64,000 bases of DNA from Bacillota bacterium (GTDB taxonomy: Bacteria; Bacillota; Clostridia; Peptostreptococcales; Anaerovoracaceae): NCBI GenBank assembly GCA_016293805.1, contig JAEDDI010000002.1, forward strand, positions 18,653 to 82,652, in the 5' to 3' direction. The first letter of the stretch is position 1. Every line of letters begins with the position of its first letter. Of the stretch, positions 8,107 through 17,034 are shown one piece after another. The position numbers and the translations under genes are program-made. The notes under the pieces were generated by a model. The model ran no database searches, was not told where the DNA came from, and saw only the letters and a list, made by a program, of their open reading frames with translations.

Positions 8107-10352
8107 CAATACTTTAAAGATGCAGGTATACATTCTGAAAGGCCTGTCTGCGCAACCAGCGAAGAGCCTGCATATACTTTCACCTTCGCCCTGTAGTAAT
8201 ATCTCTTGCCTTTTGTCAGACTTTTAGTGTTTTTGTACACAGATGATAATGAGGACAGTTTTCTTGCTGCATATCCCGAATTTCTGTATGTGCTCCTGTA
8301 ATATGAATACTTTACAGTGTATCCCAGTCCGACCAGCTCTGAAACATCGCATTTTACCGATGCCTTTATACCGCCTGCTATTCTTGATGCAGTCATTTTT
8401 ACCTTCATTTTCTTTACAGCCGCTTTCGCCTCAACATCACGGTTTTTAACCGTAAACGTATCGTATCCTGCAATATCAAATACAAACAGGTTTCCCTCTG
8501 CTCTTCCGGTATACAGTTTTCCTTCACTGTCCTTCACGCATTTTCTCTTTTGGACAAGTTCAGACGGAATAACTATCCCTGCCTTTACCTGACCGTCCTC
8601 AATCCATGAAGGGTCTATTGCATTTCCGTCACTTCCTGTTACAGCAAGTTCATTATCCCCGCTGATGCGAAATTCTGCATTTCCAGCACCTGCAAGTGAT
8701 ACAAGCCTGCTCAGAGCCTTGACATCCATCGATATCATGCCGTTTGCCCCTTTAACCGTAAGAGGATATGCCGATATACTGTCAAGAAACTCAACCGGAA
8801 GAACAATATCAAGACTGTCCGCCAATATAACTGTCTCGCAGTCTTCTTCAAGACGTGACAGTATGTCCCCGGCAGTTTCTTTTGAAACTGTATATTTTCC
8901 GTCTTCAGTCTCATTTGCATATGCTGTAACAACCGTATCATATATTACAAATTCCTTAGTGATACATCCGCTGTACATGCCGCATCCCGTAACCACAGCT
9001 TTCCCTGTACCTATCTCGGTATTTCCGGTGTAATCCACTGTATAGTCAAGTGAAGGTCTCAGAGTTTTTCCGCCGCATGTCACTGTCACAGCCGGTTTCC
9101 TTGCACTTCCCGAATACGGGATTCTGTCATACTCAATCGTCACATCGCTGTCTTTGAGTACGGTGCAGTTTCCAAGAAGGACATTCACTGCATTCCTGAA
9201 ATTAATTCTTCCGTAACCGTATGTGGTATTTCTTGATGATGTTGTATTGTCGCTTGTCTGTCTCAGGAGCAGTTTGAATCCCGAAATGTCAATATCGCTG
9301 TCAATCGATTTTGCCGCAGCTGCAAGTGATGCGACTTCAGGCGACGCAAACGATGTCCCCTCTTCATTTCTGATATATCCTTTCTTGTACAGCCCTGTCT
9401 GGGCCTCTCCCGGTGCAGTCACATAAATCCAGTTTCCCCTCTGCGAAAAAGATGATATATTCCCTTCATTGTCGGTCGATCCCACGGCTATTACATTTGT
9501 GAATGCTGCAGGATACATTTTTGTCGTATCTCCGTTGTTGCCGGCAGCTGCCACAATTATGCAGCCTTTTGATGCCGCATAGTCACATGCGTCCTTGAAG
9601 CTCTTCGAGTAAGATGTGGTTCCCATGCTCATGTTGATTACATCCGCACCTTTGTCAACTGCGTCGTAAACAGCCTCTATCACCGAATCTCCGTATGCGT
9701 TTCCTCTGCTGTCAAAAACCTTGAGCGGCAGAAGACAAACATCAGGAACAATTCCCGCAATTCCTTTTCCGTTATTCTGATCTGCCATTATTATGCCTGA
9801 TACAAACGTGCCGTGACCGTCTCCGTCTGTGGTTTGAGACTGACCGGGCACATAACTCTTGCCTTTGAGTACATGGGTATAGTCAATATCCTCATGCCCT
9901 GCAGCAAGTCCGCTGTCTATAACTGCAACAGTAACTGACTTATCCCCGAAAACACCCTGCTCCCATGCATACGGCACATTCATGGCGCGAAGATTATCCT
10001 GATAAGTCCCGTAATACTTGTCATCGGGCACGGCGCTGTATGAAAGCATCGAAAGCAAGAACGACTCCTCAGCATACTCAACATCATCCTCCTGAAAAGC
10101 TTCGTAAATATCTTCTTTTGATTCTGCCGAATATGTACTGTTTCCAAGATATCTGATTCCTTCTCTGTCAGAAGGGACCGCACCTTCTTTTACTCTGAAC
10201 AGATATCCGGAAGTCTCCTGCTCTTCTGCTGCATTACATATGTCAATGTCTGCTGCCTTTACAGCTGATTCTTCTTCACATACCGTTCCGAATGCGAAAA
10301 TACCCGCTGTCAGAATCAGAATAAACGGCAGAATGTACTTAAACTTTCTCAT
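8106..10352 (-). CDS. secreted S8 (subtilisin-like) serine peptidase with a long C-terminal beta-rich extension
   Basis: 748 aa. Signal peptide MRKFKYILPFILILTAGIFAFG. Asp/His/Ser triad motifs VAVIDSGL, HGTFVSG and GTSFASPEVAS. Confidence 0.85.
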   Translation of the reverse strand: MRKFKYILPFILILTAGIFAFGTVCEEESAVKAADIDICNAAEEQETSGYLFRVKEGAVPSDREGIRYLGNSTYSAESKEDIYEAFQEDDVEYAEESFLLSMLSYSAVPDDKYYGTYQDNLRAMNVPYAWEQGVFGDKSVTVAVIDSGLAAGHEDIDYTHVLKGKSYVPGQSQTTDGDGHGTFVSGIIMADQNNGKGIAGIVPDVCLLPLKVFDSRGNAYGDSVIEAVYDAVDKGADVINMSMGTTSYSKSFKDACDYAASKGCIIVAAAGNNGDTTKMYPAAFTNVIAVGSTDNEGNISSFSQRGNWIYVTAPGEAQTGLYKKGYIRNEEGTSFASPEVASLAAAAKSIDSDIDISGFKLLLRQTSDNTTSSRNTTYGYGRINFRNAVNVLLGNCTVLKDSDVTIEYDRIPYSGSARKPAVTVTCGGKTLRPSLDYTVDYTGNTEIGTGKAVVTGCGMYSGCITKEFVIYDTVVTAYANETEDGKYTVSKETAGDILSRLEEDCETVILADSLDIVLPVEFLDSISAYPLTVKGANGMISMDVKALSRLVSLAGAGNAEFRISGDNELAVTGSDGNAIDPSWIEDGQVKAGIVIPSELVQKRKCVKDSEGKLYTGRAEGNLFVFDIAGYDTFTVKNRDVEAKAAVKKMKVKMTASRIAGGIKASVKCDVSELVGLGYTVKYSYYRSTYRNSGYAARKLSSLSSVYKNTKSLTKGKRYYYRAKVKVYAGSSLVAQTGLSECIPASLKY

Positions 10353-10423
10353 TTTATCCCCTTATTGATTATTGCTTTTTTTGAATTATACCTCATTTTT
10401 CTCAAAAAATCCTGTTTTACGCG

Positions 10424-10461
10424 CAAAACCTTGCAGCCGGGCAGAGAGCCCGGCTGCAAGG
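10424..10461 (-). terminator. rho-independent terminator after the aminotransferase gene
   Basis: Perfect 13-bp stem CCTTGCAGCCGGG / CCCGGCTGCAAGG (10429..10461), followed by TTTT on the minus strand. Confidence 0.8.
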
Positions 10462-10482
10462 AATATGAATATGCGATAAATG

Positions 10483-11769
10483 CTACTTGTTTCTTCTTTC
10501 ATTAACAAGGTCAGTAACAACCTTTATCACCCTGTCTACTTCAGACATCAGATTGTATGGAGCAAACCCTATTCTTAGAAGGCCTCCCACAGGAACCAGA
10601 TCAAGGACTTCACGTATAGTCCTTATAGCATAGTAGTCGCCGTCCCAGGTGTCTATTCCATATTCACCAAGACGTACAGCGATATCATTGGCATTGATTC
10701 CGTCGATTCGGAAAGATACTGTAGGAGTTCTCGGAGCGCCTTCTCCAGGGCCGTATATCTTAAGTCCCTCTATTTCGGAAAGACCAGCTCTCAGTGCATC
10801 TGCCAGGCTGTCCTCATAGTATTCAATAGCCCGTATGCCGGCAACAATCTCTTTCCGAAGACCTGTAAGACCTTTAACTTCATCTTCAATCTGGTCCATA
10901 TGTCTTGCCCCTATATCCGCTATGAATCTTACAGCTTCTGCAGCGCCCGATACAAGTTCCATTGCAAGAGTTCCTGTCTCCAGTCTGTACGGCATATCTG
11001 CATTATCATACGCCTGAACCCTTGTTGTATTAATCTTTTCTCCTATCTCTTTTCTGCAGTAGGTAATACCCAGATGAGGTCCGAAATATTTATATGCGGA
11101 GCACTGCAGGATATCTGTATCAATATCTCTGACGTCTATAACCTTGTGAGGTGCATAATGTACCGCGTCGACAATAGTGATTGCGCCATACCTGTGCGCC
11201 TCTGCTATGAATTTCTTCACATCGGATACAGTTCCGCATGAGTTTGCCGCCCAGTTAATTGCAAAAATCTTTGTCCTGTCGGAAAGCTTTGATTTAAAGT
11301 CCTCAAAATCAAGCGTTATTGTCTCCTCGTTGATTTTAACCGACTTCACTACCATTCCCAGCTGTTCAAGAAGTCTCCAGGGAGACCTGTTTCCTTCGTG
11401 ATCAATATCAGTTATGAGAATCTCATCCCCGGGCTTGAACATTCTTGCAAATGCAAATGCCAGCTTGAAATTATTCGACGAAGTATTTTCTCCAAAGGAT
11501 ACCTCATCAGGACTGCAGTTGAAAAACTGCGCAAACACTTCTCTGCATTCCTCTATGAGCGCATCGCTTGTCTGTGATGTTCTGTATGCTCCTCCGTGAT
11601 TCGCATTCTGATAGAACATGTACTCGCAGACTTTATCGGCAACCCTCCTTGGAACCTGGGTTCCTCCCGGACCGTCAAGATATGCTTCGGGATATCCGTT
11701 CACGCTCTTTGAAAGAGCCGGAAACTGCGCTCTTACATAATCCACATCAAATACAAAATTTTTACTCAT
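10483..11769 (-). CDS. class V aminotransferase-fold PLP enzyme (cysteine desulfurase-like family)
   Basis: 428 aa. PLP-lysine context QCSAYKYFGPH and DAVHYAPH are typical of the class V fold. Substrate not assignable. Confidence 0.75.
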   Translation of the reverse strand: MSKNFVFDVDYVRAQFPALSKSVNGYPEAYLDGPGGTQVPRRVADKVCEYMFYQNANHGGAYRTSQTSDALIEECREVFAQFFNCSPDEVSFGENTSSNNFKLAFAFARMFKPGDEILITDIDHEGNRSPWRLLEQLGMVVKSVKINEETITLDFEDFKSKLSDRTKIFAINWAANSCGTVSDVKKFIAEAHRYGAITIVDAVHYAPHKVIDVRDIDTDILQCSAYKYFGPHLGITYCRKEIGEKINTTRVQAYDNADMPYRLETGTLAMELVSGAAEAVRFIADIGARHMDQIEDEVKGLTGLRKEIVAGIRAIEYYEDSLADALRAGLSEIEGLKIYGPGEGAPRTPTVSFRIDGINANDIAVRLGEYGIDTWDGDYYAIRTIREVLDLVPVGGLLRIGFAPYNLMSEVDRVIKVVTDLVNERRNK

Positions 11770-11773
11770 ATTA

Positions 11774-13254
11774 TCATTCTCCTGCTTCTGTAATCTGTAT
11801 ATTTTTCTTAAGTCTTACTTCCGGTTCTCTAGGAATTCCGAACTTAGGAATAAATCTGTCCCATCCTGTAACTGTGAGTATAAGGAGCGAGCCTATCGAA
11901 ATCCATGCAAAGAAATTGAATTTTATAAGGTCTGCTGCTCCGAAATTCACAAGCGGATAAAGCGCGGCAGTAAGTCCCACATAGTATATGTTGCATACGT
12001 GCCACGGAATAAGTTCTCCTGCAAGAACACCGATTGCATCTCCGTACATTGCGTTTCTGCAGCGAAGGTCATAAAGTGCCTCCTCGCTTCCCTCAACACT
12101 GTCATCCACAATGTTCTTTATTACAGGTCCCATTGTAGCCATCTGTGCCTGGTCATCGGAAAGAAGCATATTGCCCATAATGCACAGTATCGCATTCCAG
12201 AACATGAGATGCCTTACCTTCTTTGAAAGCCTGATGCACAGCATTGCAAGCGGTTCAAACGCGCCCATCTTGCGCATTACTCCACCGAAGGCGATAATCC
12301 ACATTACCATGATGATTACCCAGCTTCCCGCATCGGCAAATGAACTGTACATAAGATCCATAAACTGAATGAAGATACTGTTCCTATACATGCACCCATG
12401 AGCACCGACGATACTATACCTACTGCAAGGCACACAAGAGTCGGGAATCTGAACATTGCAAGACCAAGGACCAGGAATACCGGAAGCATCATCCAGAACG
12501 GAATACTTCCGCCCTGAACCTGCGACAGAAGTTCAACCGCTGCAGGTCTTTCCTCTTCAAGAACCGCCCATGCACTGTCAGGAATCTGCGCAAGCGCACT
12601 GTTAACATCAACAGCTCCTGTAGGCAGTTTCATCACAACACCGGCAACGTAAAAACATATCGAGGCCAGCGTCACACACGAAATAGACCAGACCAGCTGC
12701 TTATTGAATCTGTCGACAATCTTTACATCCTGAATACCGCATGTCATAACTGTGGTATCAGATATGAGCGCCACATTGTCTCCGAATGCCGCTCCGCCCG
12801 CACATGCACACATTACAAGCACCGCATCTCCGCCGACTATGTGTCCGAGCCAGATAAAGATCGGAATTGTCGCTGCGAAAGTTCCCCATGATGTTCCTGT
12901 TCCCATCGAAAGAATACAGGAAACAAGAAAAGCAACAAGGGCAACACTTCTTCCGCTGACGCCCAGTTTCATCGCAACTATTATAACGCTGGCTCCAACG
13001 CCTGTTGTCATAAAGAAGGTGGCTACACCGTATGCCAGCATAAATATGAAGAACACCAGCATGGCATCCTTGGCGCTTTCAACAGCGCCGTCAATAATAT
13101 CCATCACCTTGCGCCTTGTTGTAATCCAGCACACTATAACAGCATAAAGAAAAGCGATAGGTGCTGATACGAGTGTGTCAAAGCCGTTCATTACGAGTGC
13201 ACACAAAAGCACAATCGGTGAAAGCTTAAAAAGCATAATCAGAATATTTTTCAT
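11774..13254 (-). pseudogene. NhaC-family Na+/H+ antiporter disrupted by a frameshift (two overlapping ORFs)
   Basis: ORFs 12316..13254 (312 aa) and 11774..12433 (219 aa) are the N- and C-halves of one polytopic NhaC-like protein. They align in order with the intact 490-aa paralog at 26997..28469. The frame switches near 12365..12385 (...GACIGTVSSF | IQFMDLMYSSFADAG...). Confidence 0.7.
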
Positions 13255-13266
13255 TTCATCTCCCCG

Positions 13267-14346
13267 CTATATGTATTCAACAGTTACATACTTATCATTA
13301 CTAAGGTACATAAGAGACGGATAGCTCAGCCTGAATGTCACGATATCTCCAACTGCTGTCTCTCTTGCTTCATCCTCCACATCGAGAATCAGATGATCGC
13401 TCGATGACCCGACCACGGCTATTCCCTCATCCACCGGAAATATCTTGTCATTGAGTGCAAAATCAAGTTTCCCTGCAGCTGCTATCGCTCTTCTTCTGAT
13501 GCCTCTGTCCTCATAGACGGGTTTTTGTCCGAATGCATCTATGAATATCTCTCCGACCGGATGTGTCGGCTTGTTCTTCACCTCTATAATCTCAGCTTCG
13601 AGAGTGAAGACATCATTGGCGAGATCATCCATGTCAAGTCCCCATATTTCAGGCAGATCGTATGAACATATTATTCCTTCTCCTATGCGCAGATGATTTA
13701 TTCCGTCAGGCATTTCATCATCCATCACAAGAGGATATGAGCTTGTTGCGCCTCCCGACACTATTTCCGGTCTGCGTCCGATAGCTTTCTCTATCTCATC
13801 TCCGATTGATATGAGACTATTCATCTTGCCTTTATCAGGTCTGATTGAGCCGTAGCATCCCAGATTTGTTCCAATTCCCGAAAAATGAAGGTTCTTCATG
13901 GACTCAACCATAGCTGCGCATTCAACCAGCTCCTGCCTGTCCCAGAAACCTTCTCTCAAATCTCCAAGGTCAGCCATCAGAATCACCTTATGTACCTTTC
14001 CCTGTCTTCCTGCAGCCTCATCAAGTGCCTTAAGAACCTCAACCTCGCTGTTAAGACTCATATCGGCATATCTTACAACATCATCTGCCTCGCTGATCAT
14101 AGGAATACGCAGAAGCAGCGTCTCACATGTGATTCCGCTTTCTCTGAAATCCTTTATCTGGTCAAGTCTTGATGTGCCTATCTGGCTGCAGCCTGCATCT
14201 ATAAACCTGTTCACCGCAGGGCCAAGTCCGTTAAATCCTTTTACAACGCCGCATACATCAATACCCTTTTCGCGGCATTTTCCGGTTACAGTTTCGATAT
14301 TATGAGATAATTTCTCAAGATTTACCTTAAGTTTTGGATATGACAT
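13267..14346 (-). CDS. alanine-racemase-fold PLP enzyme (YhfX / ornithine-racemase-like)
   Basis: PLP-lysine motif CGVVKGFNG. Start refined to ATG 14346 (MSYPKLKVNLEKL...), preceded by an AGAGGTGA SD. The track ORF has a 27-aa upstream extension. Confidence 0.7.
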   Translation of the reverse strand: MSYPKLKVNLEKLSHNIETVTGKCREKGIDVCGVVKGFNGLGPAVNRFIDAGCSQIGTSRLDQIKDFRESGITCETLLLRIPMISEADDVVRYADMSLNSEVEVLKALDEAAGRQGKVHKVILMADLGDLREGFWDRQELVECAAMVESMKNLHFSGIGTNLGCYGSIRPDKGKMNSLISIGDEIEKAIGRRPEIVSGGATSSYPLVMDDEMPDGINHLRIGEGIICSYDLPEIWGLDMDDLANDVFTLEAEIIEVKNKPTHPVGEIFIDAFGQKPVYEDRGIRRRAIAAAGKLDFALNDKIFPVDEGIAVVGSSSDHLILDVEDEARETAVGDIVTFRLSYPSLMYLSNDKYVTVEYI

Positions 14347-14424
14347 AACATCACCTCTTTCACATCTATATCTTAATACATAATATTTCCTCAAACAATT
14401 GTACCGGTAATCAAAATTCGTCCA

Positions 14425-14449
14425 CATGTTTGTAATTTTTACAAATATG
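14425..14449. promoter_or_regulatory. inverted repeat (candidate operator) upstream of the racemase operon
   Basis: CATGTTTGTAA-TTT-TTACAAATATG. The 7-bp core arms are perfect (14429..14435 / 14439..14445) and the 11-bp arms have one mismatch. It lies about 80 to 100 nt upstream of the racemase start. Confidence 0.3.
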
Positions 14450-14508
14450 TTGCTGTTTCAACCGATAATCCCCCGTATTTACGCAATGTATACATTATAC
14501 TTCTTGTT

Positions 14509-14539
14509 AAAACAACAAAGAGGATGACATGCATCCTCT
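14509..14539 (-). terminator. rho-independent terminator after the DMT transporter gene
   Basis: Stem AGAGGATG / CATCCTCT (14519..14539), followed by a T-rich run on the minus strand. Confidence 0.7.
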
Positions 14540-14576
14540 AAATCTGTATTTCTGCTTTTCATCTCTGTATCTTACG

Positions 14577-15470
14577 CTATTTTCTTCCTCCTGAAGGAAG
14601 CTGTGATATCACTATAGCGGCGAGCATCAGAGCACACCCGAAAAGTTCTCTTCCGGTCATAACCTCGTGAAGAAGCAGAAAACCGCATATTGCTCCAAAC
14701 AGTGATTCCGTGCTGAGAATAATTGATGCTGTTGTAGCGTTTGCATGCTTTTGTCCTGCTGCCTGCAGAGTAAAAGCAACACCTGCCGAAAGCACTCCCG
14801 AGTAAAGAAGATTCGGAATCGCAGCTACTATCCCCTCCCAGGTGCTCGTCTCAGTGGCAAGTGCGGCTATAAGTGAGAGTATTCCCGCAACGATGGACTG
14901 CGCAGCTATCAGTTTTGCCGACGTCACCCTGTCTGTAAAATGGTCAATTGTCAGTATGTGGAAAGCCCAGAACAGTGATCCCACAAGGACTATAAAATCT
15001 CCCCTTGCAATCGAAAAACCGTTTTTGATGCAGAGAAAATAAAGCCCTGCCACACCGATTACGGCTCCTATCCAGTTGAGTTTTGTGATTTTGTGTTTTA
15101 GAAATACCCCTATTATCGGCACGAGCAGAATATATAGAGCTGTTATGAATGCTGTCTTTCCCGCATCAACGGACACAAGTCCCACCTGCTGTAGATTGGC
15201 AGCGATAAAATATACAATACCTGCCGCTGTTCCCCCGATTATTACATCTTTTTTGTTGTCAATATTCACCGGATCAGGTGATTTTCTGTTTCTTGCATCC
15301 GTTATCATAATCACAGGAATCAGTGCAATAGCACCAAGAAACATTCTTATACTGCTGAACATAAAAGGCCCCAGGGAGTCCATTCCGTTTCTCTGAACCA
15401 CAAAAGCGCCTCCCCATATTATGGCAGTGCCCAGTAAAGCAGCATTCGCCTTTATCCTGCTGTTATTCAA
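14577..15470 (-). CDS. DMT-superfamily (EamA-like) transporter
   Basis: 297 aa, about 10 TM segments, with a duplicated EamA-type layout (ALLGTAIIWGGAFV...). Confidence 0.85.
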   Translation of the reverse strand: MNNSRIKANAALLGTAIIWGGAFVVQRNGMDSLGPFMFSSIRMFLGAIALIPVIMITDARNRKSPDPVNIDNKKDVIIGGTAAGIVYFIAANLQQVGLVSVDAGKTAFITALYILLVPIIGVFLKHKITKLNWIGAVIGVAGLYFLCIKNGFSIARGDFIVLVGSLFWAFHILTIDHFTDRVTSAKLIAAQSIVAGILSLIAALATETSTWEGIVAAIPNLLYSGVLSAGVAFTLQAAGQKHANATTASIILSTESLFGAICGFLLLHEVMTGRELFGCALMLAAIVISQLPSGGRK

Positions 15471-15471
15471 A

Positions 15472-16605
15472 TTAAATCATCCTTTCGTCTTCTGAATTTT
15501 CGTAAATGCGGTAAAGCTTACCGTATATGGCAAGCTGAGCATATCTGTCTTCATCATCATCGATGCCGAGAATATCAAAAATTCTCGAAATTCTGTATCT
15601 GACAGTATTCTCATGCTGATACAGTGCCCCTGCAGTCTGTGCAATACTGCCTCCTGTCTTAGCATATGTTACAGCTGTGATTACCATGTCCGTTCCATGC
15701 TCTTCATCATATGAACACAGTCTTTCGTGCATACTGTCAAAATACTCCTTCACCCACTGCGAATTTCTTACAGGGTAGATAAGCTTCGTGAGCCCCAGTT
15801 CACTGTAAAGACAGATTTCTGTTTCCTGCATCCTGGCTTCACAGCATGCCGTTTCACTCTCCACGATTGCGGTCTTTAAATCTTTTGTATCGTGCCACCT
15901 GCTTATTCCTGTATAACCTGTACATATCAGTTCCTCTATGGCTTCATCATGCATACCGCCACTTTCATCATCAGCCGTTATCACCGCAAGAACTGCACTT
16001 CTTGTGCGCACAAGAAGCGAACTGTCGCCAAAACGGCTGTCGAACACATCTCTGATACATCCGTACACACTGTCCGCTCCTTCATCCGATGAAATCATAA
16101 CACATATGCACCTTGCTCTGAAAAGCGGATTAATCCTGCTTATAAGCGCGATCTGACGCTGTCTGTTTTCTGTATTTAAAAGCTTGCGGATTTTACCAAG
16201 TGTCACATCCCCCAGATTCTCATTCTGCAGTTCGGACTTGACTGTAAATATTATATCGTCAAAATATGTGTCTGAAAAAAAAAACAGAGGGATGCTGAAA
16301 AGATTTGCATAATCCACAATCTCCTTCGGAATCTCCCGTACATTGACAGCCTTGAAGGCAATTGCCGCAACCTTGAGTTCTATCAGTATTCTTATACATT
16401 CTGTGTACTCGGATCTTCCCTCTTCAATCTTATCGAGTATTGTCAGGACAAACTCGCCCGTATCGAATGTACTGTGGAGAATCTCAGGTGTCTCCCAGTC
16501 AAATATTCCGGTTCCCGAAACCACATTATCAAGTCCGGACTCATCAGATATGAGTCTGAATCCTGAAAACATCGGTTTTGATACCACATCTCTCACTCTG
16601 ATCAT
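15472..16605 (-). CDS. PucR-family transcriptional regulator
   Basis: 377 aa. C-terminal PucR-type HTH (SIAQTAGALYQHENTVRYRISRI) and an N-terminal purine-catabolism-regulator-like domain. Confidence 0.75.
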   Translation of the reverse strand: MIRVRDVVSKPMFSGFRLISDESGLDNVVSGTGIFDWETPEILHSTFDTGEFVLTILDKIEEGRSEYTECIRILIELKVAAIAFKAVNVREIPKEIVDYANLFSIPLFFFSDTYFDDIIFTVKSELQNENLGDVTLGKIRKLLNTENRQRQIALISRINPLFRARCICVMISSDEGADSVYGCIRDVFDSRFGDSSLLVRTRSAVLAVITADDESGGMHDEAIEELICTGYTGISRWHDTKDLKTAIVESETACCEARMQETEICLYSELGLTKLIYPVRNSQWVKEYFDSMHERLCSYDEEHGTDMVITAVTYAKTGGSIAQTAGALYQHENTVRYRISRIFDILGIDDDEDRYAQLAIYGKLYRIYENSEDERMI

Positions 16606-16767
16606 TTTCCATCTCCATCAACCGGTAATCTATCTTTCAAATTTAACACAGGATACATCGTGCAAAAAATATACGAGTGTATTATCTAATTTTTCGAAGG
16701 TCTTGTCAACTGACCCGAAACAGAAAAAGGCATGCCAAAAGACATGCCCGTTCACTGACCTTAAACA

Positions 16768-16953
16768 TTACTTTACCACTTCATCAACAGACTCCGCAAG
16801 AGCTCTGTCGATATTTTCCTGTTTGCGTATCTTAAGCGCTCTGCGCTTTTTTATTCCCATGAATATTACGCATGCGAGTATCGCAGCAGCTATAATGTCA
16901 AGAACGCAGTATCCCATAGATGCATTTCCTAAAAAACCTGTCATTAGTATCAC
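16768..16953 (-). CDS. small single-pass membrane protein (hypothetical)
   Basis: 61-aa ORF with one TM (YCVLDIIAAAILACVIFMGI) and a charged tail. A hairpin plus T-run follows at about 16727..16752. No recognisable family. Confidence 0.35.
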   Translation of the reverse strand: MILMTGFLGNASMGYCVLDIIAAAILACVIFMGIKKRRALKIRKQENIDRALAESVDEVVK

Positions 16954-17034
16954 CTCGTTATATCAGTCATTTTTGCTGTGTTTTCATATCCCACATTATT
17001 AATGAGTGCGCAAACGTACTGAAAGGTTCATCGT

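Noticed and set aside
7018-10482. Integrase acting as a promoter invertase (phase variation) for the neighbouring S8 protease
   Set aside because: I found no inverted repeats bracketing the protease upstream region (10353..10482). The only strong palindrome there is the terminator of the upstream aminotransferase gene. A computational inverted-repeat search has not been done.
16343-17002. 219-aa plus-strand ORF
   Set aside because: It is antisense to the 5' end of the PucR gene and to the small membrane-protein gene. The composition is Ser/Leu-rich shadow-frame, with no SD.
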